A DNA stretch of 58,426 bases, counting the filler, from Bipalium vagum (taxonomy: Eukaryota), in NCBI GenBank assembly GCA_037834085.1. It is 3 parts of 3 records of this genome, joined end to end, with 100 filler letters (N's around TTAATTAATTAA, not from the genome) between each part and the next. Parts side by side here need not be neighbours in the genome. Positions count along the whole stretch, not along the records: positions 1 to 19,595 come from JBBMKC010271487.1; 2 more parts are not named here. One strand, 5' to 3'. A program made the position numbers and the translations under genes. Shown piece by piece: positions 1-12,106 of this stretch. The stretch's first letter is position 1. The number at the start of each line of letters is the position of its first letter. The notes below the pieces were generated by a model. That model saw only the letters and a program-made list of their open reading frames with translations, was not told the origin of the DNA and ran no database searches.

Positions 1-1290
1 TTCAAACATTACAGAGTTACTCTCCTTGGCGTTATGGTCATCCAGTGTAGTTTTTGTTCGAGAGGACCTAAGCTTACCTTTTTTGTGATTTAGAAAGAAC
101 TTATCTTCTACTAGTGCAAAGTCCGTCATGATTGATTGCAGCTCATACAAGTTTACAACTCCCTTACATGTCAGCCAACTCACTCTTTTGTGAGCAGAGT
201 CCTTGTATAAATCAACCAAGAAGTCGATAGCATGATGATGATTCTCTAAACTTGGAAGACTGGGTAAAAAGTCGTTACCAACAAAAGAACATAAAAATAT
301 CCAATCGTCAAGAGCTCGTTCGAAATCATATGGAAAGAGGAGATCAGGCATCTTCAAATCGGCTTTCAAATAGTCTCGAAGAATGTTCAGATGTACAAAA
401 ATGAACTTTGATTCATTATGAACCATAGTCTCAGAACAATCGATTGTGGACAGAGAGAGATCTCGGCACTTTGAAATACAGTGAGAGACCTTGTCGCTAA
501 TCTCACATGTCTCTTTAGGATTACTTGTGGGTTGTTCTTTGATAATTGTGAAGAAGGGTTCATGTGTCACCAATCCCAACATAATCAAGTCAGCATCTGC
601 ACTATATAGGCAATGTCTTATGGAAGGATTATAGTTAGGCTGTGATTGGTGATGTCGAATAAAGTCCATAATCTTGTGTTCACCTTCACCTGGGACATTT
701 GCATCACTTAGAATAACCTGGATGCCTGTCCACTCCTTGTGGAAGGTTAATCGATTATAAATGTAATATTGCAAGGCAAGGCTCAGTCTGGTCATGAAAG
801 GTGTACCAGGTGTTATACAGTTTTTATCGAAACACTCTTTCTTCTCTTCCGACGGAATATCTCCCTGTTTTAAAAACTCACACTTTTTCTTAGAGTTCTT
901 AAATTCTTTCTTTCTGCTTTCTTTTGCTGAAACGAAGCGTCTGGTTCTCTGTTGGTTCATCTTGGCTTTTGGAGCAACGCCATCTACTGCCAAGTACAAA
1001 AGTTTTTGAGGTCGAACTATGGAAAGCAGTTGATCAATCTGTCGAAAAATTTCGCTGAATATTTCGTCTTCATCTTTTCGAAGCAGTTTATGGTCGGAAT
1101 GAGTGGACGAATGAATGATACAGTTCATGTCGATATAAAAGTTGTCGAACTGTTCTTTTGTGCCATCAATCTGAATTGGGTCGCTATTCTGGCCCAGGTC
1201 TTTTATATTGCATGTATATCTTTCTTGAACACGCGAAACGATTTTGGGGTATTTGGAGCTCAACCATTTAAAAAATGACGGTATTCCCAT
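1..1290 (-). CDS. XRN2: 5'-3' exoribonuclease XRN2/Rat1-like, N-terminal 430 codons, intronless, continues past the window edge
   Basis: Minus-strand ORF from ATG at 1290 with no stop to position 1, hence absent from the ORF track. It reads MGIPSFFKWLSSKYP..FDNFYIDMN..LYLAVDGVAPKAKMNQQRTRRF..CITPGTPFM..VILSDANVPGEGEHKIMDFIR..DADLIMLGLVTHEP..FVGNDFLP. The longer N-terminal segment, SDANVPGEGE and a zinc-knuckle remnant fit XRN2 rather than XRN1. Confidence 0.9.
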   Translation of the reverse strand, partial: MGIPSFFKWLSSKYPKIVSRVQERYTCNIKDLGQNSDPIQIDGTKEQFDNFYIDMNCIIHSSTHSDHKLLRKDEDEIFSEIFRQIDQLLSIVRPQKLLYLAVDGVAPKAKMNQQRTRRFVSAKESRKKEFKNSKKKCEFLKQGDIPSEEKKECFDKNCITPGTPFMTRLSLALQYYIYNRLTFHKEWTGIQVILSDANVPGEGEHKIMDFIRHHQSQPNYNPSIRHCLYSADADLIMLGLVTHEPFFTIIKEQPTSNPKETCEISDKVSHCISKCRDLSLSTIDCSETMVHNESKFIFVHLNILRDYLKADLKMPDLLFPYDFERALDDWIFLCSFVGNDFLPSLPSLENHHHAIDFLVDLYKDSAHKRVSWLTCKGVVNLYELQSIMTDFALVEDKFFLNHKKGKLRSSRTKTTLDDHNAKESNSVMFE

Positions 1291-1479
1291 GATAATAAAT
1301 AATAATATATAATGATGATAATATTATTTTATTATTTCCAAAATATTCAAACAATTATTAAAATGATTTTATTTCCTGTTTTATATTTTATTTCCTGTAA
1401 AATAAATTCATTGGACAGGAAAGAAGAAAGGATCAGTTTTTTAAAAAAATAAAAGTTCCGTAAAAGTAGTACTTATAAA

Positions 1480-2616
1480 AGATATTTTGACTCGACTTCG
1501 TCTCGTGAGACTGCAGAGATTTATTGAATCAATTAAAACAAAGAGGAAACATTAGTTTTCTGCAACTCAAACTCATAAAACCTTCCTGATATTTATTCCC
1601 CACTTAAATAAACTAATTCATCATTTATTTGATTAAATCCTAAGAATCTTTTAATAAATATTTCCTTAGCCAATTCCATTTCATAACATCTCTCAAATTT
1701 ATTTTTATATTTAAATATCCGTACTCTATCTCAAACTTTATATTTTGCCTTGTCACTGGAGCCTTGAGCGAATTATGACATTTTATCATTATTATTAAAA
1801 TTATTAATATAAGACATGTTTTCTAGGATCTTAGAAAATTCATTAGGAAATAACCTAATCATTCCATTGATCTTATTGCTATAAAAGTGAATTGACTTTG
1901 TTAATAAATGAACTCATTTTCCATTACCTTGTTCCGTTAATTCTTTAAACATCAAATTCATTTTATTTTTGCTATCTCTCACCGTGTTTTTCGCCAAAGG
2001 TATATCTTTTATTCTTTGAATGAACTTTTCGTTGTTTCCAAAATCTTCAAACAGAACTGTTGCATATTTTAATCATGTTTCTTTCAAATAGTCATCATCA
2101 CTATATGGTTTAACTATTTAGCAAATTGAAGGGAAAAAACTAACAGCATTTATATTCGAACAACTGTCAAAAAATTTAAACGAAGACTTTGACTGAGTAT
2201 TTCTAGTTTTAATTGCTCATGCAATAAATTCTTCACCATAATCCTTGGTTTTTTCAATGATCAACTTTGATTTGTTTCAAAATGGCGTTTTACTGATGAC
2301 ATTCTGCATTTCACTGTTCCACAAATACTACTCTGTTAACTTTGCTAATAATTCCATTCTCATCGGTCTACCAATTTTGGAACTTGTGGCTGCCCACGTT
2401 TCTGATACTTATTATTTATCTGATACTTATTTATTTTCTCTGGCCATACTAAGAGACCTGTAACAAAATTAGATGAGAATAAAAGCAAATGCTTCAATTA
2501 AATTGATACCTCAATATTTATGATGAAAAATATTGTAAATGTAAAATAATTCACTTACCAAAAAAATTTTCCTACATGCCACCTCTGGCACGTGTGCCAT
2601 AGGTTTGCCACTACTG
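1480..2616 (-). mobile_element. decayed hAT (Charlie/Buster, GTF2IRD2-like) transposon
   Basis: The minus-strand end at 2616 reads CAGTAGTGGCAAACCTATGGCACACGTGCCAGAGGTGGCA, a Charlie/Buster-type terminus. Interrupted transposase fragments: KRHFETN, KPYSDDDYLKE, LFEDFGNNEKFIQRIKDIPLAKNTVRD. Left boundary approximate. Confidence 0.7.
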
Positions 2617-4229
2617 GAATAAATAATAGTGACACAGGAATATGTTTACAACAAAATTACTAAAAAAATGTTATTCCTCATAAAATCACAGTAGATTTTG
2701 CAATTTGAAATGATTTCTTCTAATGATCAACAAAAGGAACGGATACTTCTAGGTGCACTCGAACCTATTGAAGATGAGAGTGGAAGAGAGAGGTCAGCAT
2801 AAACGCACAGATACCAGAACCAAGATCTATTCTGAAGTAGACTACTACTTAAACTTCAATCTATTAATAATATTTATCAGAAGCATCCAGTCATTGTCTC
2901 TACAACATTGATTGTTTGGGTCGTGACTCTGGAGCATGAAGCCTGTTCTTTTTATTTCATTTCAGAACGTCATTTGAAATATTACTTTATTCCTTATATT
3001 ACCTTAATCAGTTTTTGAGGAACCAATTTTGTTATGATTGTGTAATATTTTATAATAAAAGGAGACGTCGTGTTTTATCATTATTCCATTATGTATTCTG
3101 TGGGATGTTTAATTCTCTTTGCTGTGGGAATCGCCATTGCCTCGGTCCTTTTTGCTGTTCAATGTCTCATTGAATATTTATTTCCCATTCGTCGCGACCA
3201 TAAACATGTGGACAAAAAATGTATTGAAATCGACATTTAGAGAGATCACTACAAAGGTTCGTGTTTCCGGAAATGGTTATTTAGAATATAACACGATTTG
3301 CACAGAGGTCCGGTCTTATTTATTTATAATATTACTTTTAAGTTCTCGTTATCCTGTTTGGATTACATCCTGGGTGAAGACAATAATTTATATTATCATA
3401 TAGTTCATAAATTTTATATTGATTATTATTAAAAAAATGTTTTTGGTATTGGGTTTAACACATCACTTACACACTAGTTAATTGAAATTATCAATATCCC
3501 CGCCTAATCTGCCATCTGCTCTTAATTTGCGCAGAATTTTATTTTTCTTTTGACAGAATAGATCGGTTTATCCCCGTGTGATACGCGTTAATTGTTCAGA
3601 ATTTTTTAAGAGTTCTAAATCAATCCTGTCACTTTTACAATCAATTTTGTTATTTTTAAAAGTTTGTTTATAAAATTGTCATTTAATCGCTCTTTATTTT
3701 CTTTAAAGAAGTTTGTTTTAAAAATTTATGTGAAGTTAACTTTTTTAACAAGAAAATATTTATTCAAAATAAAAGAACAAAGCATTTGCTTTAGGAAAGC
3801 GTCGTCGCTTTGGTAGTCTATGGAATACTCGAGCATTTCCTCAAGTTCCTCGCTTTTTCCTCTCTGCAATTTGATAAAGTGTATCGCCAATTGACTCAAT
3901 GGTTATCTCTATTTCATGCAGTTATTTTTTTCATGCAATGAGGATCCATGAGGATATCCTTTTTCAGTTTTTTCCTGTTTATTTGTTCCTGGTCACTTTA
4001 AGATTCTTTCGGTTCGATTCGTTAATTATGATTAATTAAAAAAATAATTCTTTGTTATCCTTAAATTAAATTCCAAGTACAATTTCTTAAAAGCTTTTTT
4101 AAAAATTATTATTTTTCTAAGACATCTAAGAATATTCAGCCTTGGATAAAGGCTATGGATTTTCTGTCGCAATAATCGTATCCCAGGCAGATTCCTTTGA
4201 ATATATAGAATTAAAATATTTCCAAAGAT

Positions 4230-4550
4230 AATTTATCACGTTTTAAGAAGCGAATAGGAATGAAAGCAACGAAGGTGCAATGTAAAATAGCTAATGTTAG
4301 ATTGAAGATTATTCTAAAGAAATTGAATCAATAAGATTAAAGGGTTAGGCCGTGACTTGAATAACATTTTTAATATGAATGAAACTGGCCTTTATTATCA
4401 CTGAGTTTCTGTCCGATTTAATTCAAAGGCTCCTGTTAAAGGGAGCAAGAATTTACTTTGAAGAATTACCTTGGCGTTTTGTGTTTCTTAAACTGGTGAA
4501 AAACTCCCATCTTCTATGATCGGTATTTCAATAAAACCAATCTATTAAAT
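4230..4550 (+). mobile_element. pogo/Tigger (DDE_1, TIGD-like) transposase relic
   Basis: Fragments NIFNMNETGLYY, PVKGSK and RITLAFCVSLTGEKLP..IG..IKP with stops/frameshifts. Confidence 0.65.
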
Positions 4551-4599
4551 TTTTAAAAGCTTTGTTTCATTTTCGACGAATTAACTGGGGACCACTGAA

Positions 4600-4755
4600 T
4601 ACTTTTTATCTTATTCAAAAAGCTGCAGCACGATGTTTTTGTTTTAAATGATTAATTTAATCTCAAAGTAATATTAATTTTTAGCTTTACTTTTGTAACT
4701 ATATAGTATATTATTTAAATTTAACAAAAGGATCGATATTAAGGACACGAAGTTC
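4600..4755 (+). repeat. dispersed non-coding repeat, copy 1
   Basis: AGCTGCAGCA..TTTTGTTTTAAATGAT.AATT.AATCTCAAAGTAATATTAATTTT.AGCTTTACTTTTGTAA recurs inverted at about 39570-39730. Confidence 0.7.
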
Positions 4756-5647
4756 CCATAAAATGATTCGCTAATTAAAAAAAAACTCTTTAAGTCTGTA
4801 TTCTAAAAACAATTGTATAACATAACAAATATTAAATTAACCTTGACAAAAGACCTGCAGTGATATCGAAGGTCAGCCAATATTTTTGTTAAAAAATTGA
4901 ATTAAATCCTAGGGCTATCATTGCGGTTGAGATTGTGTAAGAGTTAGGGTATTTTTTCAATGATGGAAATTTTACGGTATCATGCCATAAAGTGGGGTCC
5001 ACCTTGTCTTAATACATCAAAATTACTACCAAAGCCAAAACCAAGGTATCAAAGTATTCAGCTACCAATTTTACCAATAAATGTTTTGTTGATACTTATA
5101 CGTTTGCTTTAAACTAGGTCAACTTAAGAGGAATTGTAAATAACAAATTATTGAGTTTCTTATTATTAATTTTTTTAAGTGGATGTCAGTGTGATTTTGC
5201 GCACAATTTACAAAAATGTTACTAATGGTTACTTAAAAAGTAATTTTAAAAATAAGCTTAGAAAAAAGAAAATAAACTTTAATATAACTAATTATTAATT
5301 ACTTAATAATAGTAATAATTCAAAATTAATTGCGTAACTTTTAGTTTTGGGATGAGTTTTATATTTAATATGGATTGAATTAATTTCTTTAAGCTAAAAA
5401 AGTCCGAAATAAACTCAGTCCCATTGTTTTAGTCTGTTTCTTTTTCCAAAATCCTCTCAATATCAAGTTAAATGTTTTCAAAGTGTTTTTATAAAAATTA
5501 AAAAAACTTAAAATATTCTTAATTAAATAAGAAATTGTTTTAATAATAATTACATTTTAGCGATAATTTAAAAGTAATCTATGGTTAGTGACTTTTATCA
5601 ATAATTATCTTATTTTTGCTTTTTAAGAGTTAAGATATATTTGTTTT

Positions 5648-5959
5648 GGTACTATTTTACTTTAACAGCCATGTGTTATAAACAGATTAATCATAACACA
5701 GGGTTATTTTTAGATTTTCGTTTATATAGGTCATTTATGTAGTTAAAGTAAAATAGAACCTAATTATGTTATAAAAATCGATTTTTCAATAAGACGGGAT
5801 GATGGTTCTTTTGAAATAATAACGGTTTGGAGACCATAGCATAGTTTATTTGGTTCTATTTTACTTAAACAATATAAATACCTATTAAAAAAAATCTAAA
5901 AATAACACTGTTATGATTGGTCTGCTTATAACACAGGGTTGTTAAAGTAAAATAGTACC
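5648..5959. mobile_element. 312-bp foldback MITE with about 110-bp terminal inverted repeats, possibly Merlin-type
   Basis: Starts GGTACTATTTTACTTTAACA and ends TGTTAAAGTAAAATAGTACC; the arms align for about 110 bp. GG termini and an imperfect 8-bp flank match (TTTGTTTT / TTTTTTAT). Confidence 0.75.
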
Positions 5960-6325
5960 TTTTTTATGATTTGTTTGTTAATGCACTGTTAATACATTCT
6001 TTACCGGAATACTTTTATGATTATTATTATTGAGTTTCATAAATTTATTTTCATTCATTTTAACTGAAGACAACTTAAAATTGAGTGTTGGTTTATTGAT
6101 TACCTAAAAATTTGTGAAACAACTTTTGACCTCTCAAAATAAAGTTTGCCTGTTTCATAAATTAAGGCTTGTAAAAACATTATCGGTATTATAATAATGA
6201 TCAATAATAATTATAATAAAAGATTATTGGACGCTATAGAAAACATCGATAAAATTAAAATATCCCTAATCAATGAGAATATTTGTTTAAATAATTGATT
6301 TTTCGGAAATTTTAAAAAACAATCA

Positions 6326-7290
6326 ATGGTAAGTAGTTTTATTGATATTTTTGTGATTCATACTCGCCTTGAATGATTTTTTGGCAAAAATTTTAAAAAT
6401 CAACCTTATTATTAACGGACGTTCAAATGTGATTAAAATTTTTTTTCCGTCTTCCAATATTATGCATAACATAAAACCTATAATTGTATCAGGAGAACCC
6501 GGTGAGAGTAAATCTATCGAAACGATGGAAATTAGACAAAATGGGCGGTAATGTAGGTTCGAAACCCCAATCGGGTACCCATAAAATGTCAGAGGTGTTG
6601 CCGTTGTCATTGATTTTGAGACGGAAATTGAAACATGCGCTCACATACAAAGACGTACCGAAAATCATTGGCGAAAAATCCGTCAAGATCGACAACAAAG
6701 TGCGAACGGAGAACAAGTTTCCCGTGGGAATAATGGGTGTGATAGAGCGATGTTGGTATTTCTTATATTAATTTTATATCTTAATTTCAGATGTTGTATC
6801 AATCGATAAAATCGATACCCACTTCAGAATGCTCTACGAGCCGAAAGGACGGTTTCACCTGCATAGAATTGACTCCGACGAAGCCCAATACAAATTGTGC
6901 CGCGTCAACGACATCGGTGTCTTGTCTGGCGACGTTCCAGTACTGACAACTCACGATGGTCGTACGTTTCGAAACCCCGACCCGAATATTCAAAAAGACG
7001 ACACGGTCAAGGTGGACCTGATCGAGAACCGCATTATCGATTTCGTGCCGTTCCAATCGGGAAATGTGTGTCTGATCATCGCCGGTCACAAGGTGGGCAC
7101 TGTCGGCGTGCTGGTCGATCATGACTCGTTGGCAAAAGGAATCGATATTGTCCACGTCAAAGACGTTCGAGGCGAACAGTTCGCAACTCGCAAAGAGAAT
7201 GTGTTCATTATTGGATCTGCCGAGCGACTTTGGATTTCGGTTCCGGTGCCCGGAGATTTTGTGTTTGAATCAACAGAGAAAGAAGTTTAA
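6326..7290 (+). CDS. RPS4: 40S ribosomal protein S4 (eS4), divergent; exons 6326-6328, 6493-6736, 6791-7290 (248 aa)
   Basis: ATG|GTAAGT first coding exon; intron 6329-6492 ending ATCAG; 54-bp phase-1 intron 6737-6790 splitting the Asp of GIMD/VVSIDK. Motifs WKLDK, LPLSLILRRKLKHALT, KIDNKVRT, KGRF.LHRI..DEA.YKLC, THDGRT, VHVKD..G..FATR..NVFIIG. AATAAA at about 7331. Confidence 0.93.
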
Positions 7291-7358
7291 ATGGAAAGTT
7301 GATAAATGACCGCGAAGATCAATTTGTATAAATAAATGTTCTGCTTTTCGTCCTTTGT

Positions 7359-7522
7359 TTATTTTATCGGATATTTGATTAAATTAATTATTATAGATTG
7401 AATTAAATATTATTGAAAAAATTATTTTTTTATTGATTTGTTTATTATTTTATCGGATATTTGATTAAATTTATTATTATTGATGGAATTAAATATTGAA
7501 AAAATTATTTTTTTATTGATTA
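7359..7522 (+). repeat. imperfect tandem duplication, about 85-bp unit x2
   Basis: TATTTTATCGGATATTTGATTAAATT..GAATTAAATATT..GAAAAAATTATTTTTT.ATTGATT occurs twice consecutively. Confidence 0.8.
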
Positions 7523-8519
7523 AATTAAATTTTAATAAAAAGGATAACAGTTCAGACTCGAAGGAGAGCGCCTTTTGGTAGAATTTCTTGGAGAAAATCG
7601 GTGACTTGATTTTCAATATTATGCGACACGACTCATCGATGGTTCCTGTGTCTTTATGGTGTTTCTGATCGAACGGATTCGAGCTCATCAAACGATCTGA
7701 GAACCCATCTTTAGCTAAACGGCAAGAGTTTACTTTATTGTTATTCTATTATTTTTCTTTCTCATCAATAATAATTAACAGATTTTCATTTTATTATTGA
7801 AAGTCGATTTTTTTAGTAATTATTGATTTTTTTATATTTGATTCAATTTTCATAATCATTAGGTTTTCGTGAAATTCGGGAGTTGAGATCGATTTATTTA
7901 TAGTTGTACGTGGATATCCATTTTAATTTGGTATCTTTGTACTAACGAAATAAATTTTTGTTTTGAATCAATTATTTTCGAACACGTTATTAATATAAGT
8001 GAAATGGTTAGTAAAATGTCGAACTATTTTAACGTTAATACTTTTTTGAAGATGTGCAATTGTAATTCTTGTTTAGTCTAATAAAAGGTGTTTGTGATTA
8101 TTTTGATTCATGTTCGTTAAGACCACGTTATAATGTAAGTGAAAGTGTCTGTAAATGTTTTGTGGGAAATATATATTTATTTACTATTCAATGTTCTCGT
8201 GTTTCATTCATTTAGTGGTCACTATCAGTCTGATCACATTGATTATCTAACTAATTTCCATACTGGAATAAAAATGCCTTGACTGCCAAAGTGAATTTGG
8301 CCAGGAAATTTATAATAAATAAGCTTAGATAGACAAGAAATGGTTTTGGCCGCCTTAAATATTTATAACGGACGTCGACTCATGATTTCAATTATTAATA
8401 TAGAACGTATACAAGACCCATTTCCATTTTGAATTCTTTTGTTTTCTTTAATATATAACCACAATAAAGAGAATGAAAGTTCAATTTGGCTTCAAATGGA
8501 ATTTTAAGCAAGTTGTTTT

Positions 8520-8790
8520 ATTCCAGTGTTTGTGAAGTGCTCCATTGTTCTTGTTCATCATGAACTTCAATTAATTAAACCTATTTCATTATTATTATTT
8601 CGAGGGTTTCTGTTAATACTTTAATCATATTTGTCTGGATATCTGTTGTAGATAATCCTTCCAGAACAACTAATTTTATGATCCCTCGATTTCAATTTTT
8701 TCTATTGTTACGCTATTATTTCACTATGAACACGCAGTAACACTTAGCTCGCAAAGTTTACTGACCATTTCACTTTTGCCTAAACGTGTT
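8520..8790 (-). mobile_element. 5' relic of a mariner (irritans-like) transposase
   Basis: IEKIE-RGIIKLVVLEGLSTTDIQTNMIKVL resembles the MEKIEYRAVIKFL..G start of mariner transposases. Confidence 0.45.
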
Positions 8791-9379
8791 CGCAAATAAT
8801 GAATCAAACAACTACGAACAACACTTTATTGCTAAAATAAAAATAACAAAATGTTTAAAATGTCTGCAATCAATCACACTGAAAATCAACGTCAATAATA
8901 ATCAATTAAATTAAAATCAAATAATTAAATATCAATATCAATTAAAAGTCAGTAAGGATTAATTTAAAAAGAAAAATAATAAACAAAATCAAGATATTCT
9001 CACCACTTGTGACGACAGCTCCAAAGGGTGGTTAGTTGAGCCCAATCCGGTCCGCTCAGAAACCACCTAACCGCACAGGACCCGTCGTGAGCTTCTTTCG
9101 CATAAAGGGCATAAAGAATGACGAAAAACCTTTTGATGAATATCTCGTAGTCGAATACCTCGTGGTCACGAAAATTTCTTTCGGAGAATTTTATGGCAAT
9201 CCACTGCGGATTCCAACTCTTTATATACCATTCTGATCAAACGACTAATCAGTCGTAGATCAGCTTGATAAATGGGGAATGTAGATTCCTTCTTTAGATA
9301 GATAATTAACCAACGTAATTTTCTGGAACTGGCCCAAATTAAAGGCTCATGTGAAGCAGAAACTTTGAAAAGGTCTAAG

Positions 9380-10250
9380 GAAAACCATTAAACCATATAT
9401 TATACATAAAATTCCAACATCCCAAGGACAAGTTTGTTCTCTAATACTAATATAATAGGTCCTTTCTACAATACCTTTTGGTGGTATGTAATTTTTCCTT
9501 CAATTCTAAAAAATAAGTAGGAATTGTAATGCATATGTGTGAAAAAGAATCAATTAATCTTGTCTTATCAAACCATAAAATTAAAGAATCAGAACTCTTA
9601 ACTTCAAATAATAAAAATACAAGAACATCATTGTGATTTCCTATGGTGATATTCATGAGATATAGTTGAATATTTATCCATTCATCAAGAAGAATACTTC
9701 GGAAATTTTGCTTCTTATTTTCTGTAACATCTTCAGCAGCGTTTGTTTGGTTTTCTGAACTAATGAAAATCAGATGGGGTGGGACTCCGCTTCCAGGTAA
9801 GTCAAAATTAATCCAGTTTGTTAAAAATTCTTTTAAACAATATTGTTTGGCTTGAATTCAGGAAAGCAGTAGAATTTTCCCGTGGGATGTAGCATGAATA
9901 ATTTATCATGAAAAATATTTTTCCAATTGGCAACAGAGCTTGAAGAACATCGCATGTGATTTTTCGAATCAGATGAAACCATAAGAATTGCAACCAAAGG
10001 ATAAGAGTTATCTTCATTGAATGAAACAAACCATCCATTGTGAAATGTAAAAGTTCGTCTTTTTTTGTTTCGAATGAAATTTTGAGCGTTTTTGCTTGGT
10101 TTAATACTACTTCAGTGAAGCGTGACAATTTATACACTACATATACTTCTGCCATGTAACCCGGTAATGATGTTACATGATGAATATGACCTTTTAGTAA
10201 ATTGATTTTTGGTGCCCAGAATGTTGCGAAAACGTTGTCATGTCGTTCTA
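9380..10250 (-). mobile_element. possible decayed MULE/Mutator-like transposase
   Basis: Coding-like but frameshifted. LLHFTMDG / YPLVAILMVSSD and a downstream TCP..G.LC segment loosely resemble MULE DDE and SWIM motifs. Confidence 0.3.
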
Positions 10251-11845
10251 CATCAAAATGACTACAAATATTATTATTTATTTAAAATTATAATTTTATT
10301 TATTTTTATTATTTTAACCTAATTTCAGTAAAACAATATTAAATTTTCAGTTAATTCATTTCCACTGGTTTTCTTGCAGCTCCGACTAATTCTTGTTTAT
10401 TTCTCTTGGATCCTCACACATACTAAAAGCTAAGTATATTTATTTCGTTTAATTTTCGATTTTTTCTCCTGGATCTCAATTATGTTCAGTCATTTATTAT
10501 ATTTATTTTACTATAACTTACTTTCATTTTTTTCTATATACTATTCATTATCAAATATTAATTTTTCCTTATTTCTTAATTTTATTTTTAATAATTATTG
10601 AAATGATTTTGCTAATTTTTATTCATTTTATCAAGGTAATTATTTAACTTTACATATTTTGATAATTTTTAATATAATTATTATGAAGTAGGTAATTTAT
10701 TTTATATCTTAATTTATTATTTTAAATTCATCTGAGAATCAGAAAAAATACTAATTATTAGAGTAGCATGAACGAAATTTAGAACTATGATAGAATTGAA
10801 AATTTAATAAGTTGAGAAAAATTACGAGAATCGAGAGAAGCTTGAGAATATAGAATTCAGTGAGCAGAAAACAAGCTCAGGAAAATAAATCTCGAACTGA
10901 TTAAAACGACGAACTGCAATCTAACGGAAAACGATATTGGAATCGAGTAGCAATTGACTTTGATTTATTGTATTATTGATTAATATAATCTTATCTGTTG
11001 TATTAATTAATTTGTTTTACTCGAATTTCGAGTCAACTATTATCGATTTAAAAATTGGAGTCGGATCAGGGAGCAGAAATTTAGTTAATATTTAAGTAAT
11101 ATTAACAATATTATAGTATCTAATATAATAATATAAAATATTAAGTAAACTGGAACACAGTTCCTGCTATGTTATTATTTATCATATATATCATGAGAAA
11201 AATAAAATTTTTAATTTGACAGAAATAATATTTGAAATATAATTGTCTTCATCTTTCTTCATAATTTCTTCGTATCTTTCCCTGATTAATTTCTCATCCG
11301 ATTCAATTTTGACTCTTAATTTATCATTTTTATAAATATTTTCTATCAATTTTGACATAGACCTTCCATAGACCTACCATGAAATATTTATTTGAAAACA
11401 TTTTTCTTTCGTCAGAATAACCATTTTAATAATATCTAACACTTTTAATTAAAGAAAGAAATGTGCTAAATTAAAAATGATTATTATTAATTAGTAAAAT
11501 ATTACAAAAATTATATTTAAAATGAAAACACATTAAATCCTTTCCCAAGATTGCTTTGTGAAATAGAATAAATATTACTACTAATGGAAACAGTAACAAG
11601 ACCCATTAAATACCTTTAATTGACAGCTCCAAGTAGGTTAAGCGTTATTAATGTTTTAATACAATATCCATCTGAGAACCCTTCGTAATCTTTTGCTATA
11701 GTAATATAAAGAAATATAATCATTATTAAAAGACATCACACAATGGACAATAAACGCGTTACGTCAATGTTATGGGAATAGCGGGGAGATAAAATTTCTA
11801 TTTAATCGGAGAAAAGAGCTCTTCTGCTCAGTGATATATTGTTTC

Positions 11846-12068
11846 ATGAAGATAATCTTGCTCTCTCTGATTCTTCAAACCTTTGGACATTATGGTATGG
11901 TAACATGTTTTATTGACTCTTTACTTTTTTGTAGAATATCTCATTTCGAGAAATAGAACCACATCATCGGCTAATGTTCACTATGAAATTGGAATAAGTC
12001 ATATTTGGAACTCTATTCTGGCTGTGGACGGAAATTATGACAACGAAATATTTCATAGTTAGAAAAAC

Positions 12069-12106
<38 letters not shown>

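Noticed and set aside
794-1278. Plus-strand ORFs 794-1009 and 952-1278
   Set aside because: Antisense shadows of the XRN2-like ORF.
6329-6492. snoRNA or microexon in eS4 intron 1
   Set aside because: No CTGA D-box or convincing H/ACA structure, and no internal AG acceptor.
6323-7309. Overlapping alternative-frame and antisense ORFs around eS4
   Set aside because: By-products of GC-richer coding sequence; only the spliced eS4 frame has family motifs.
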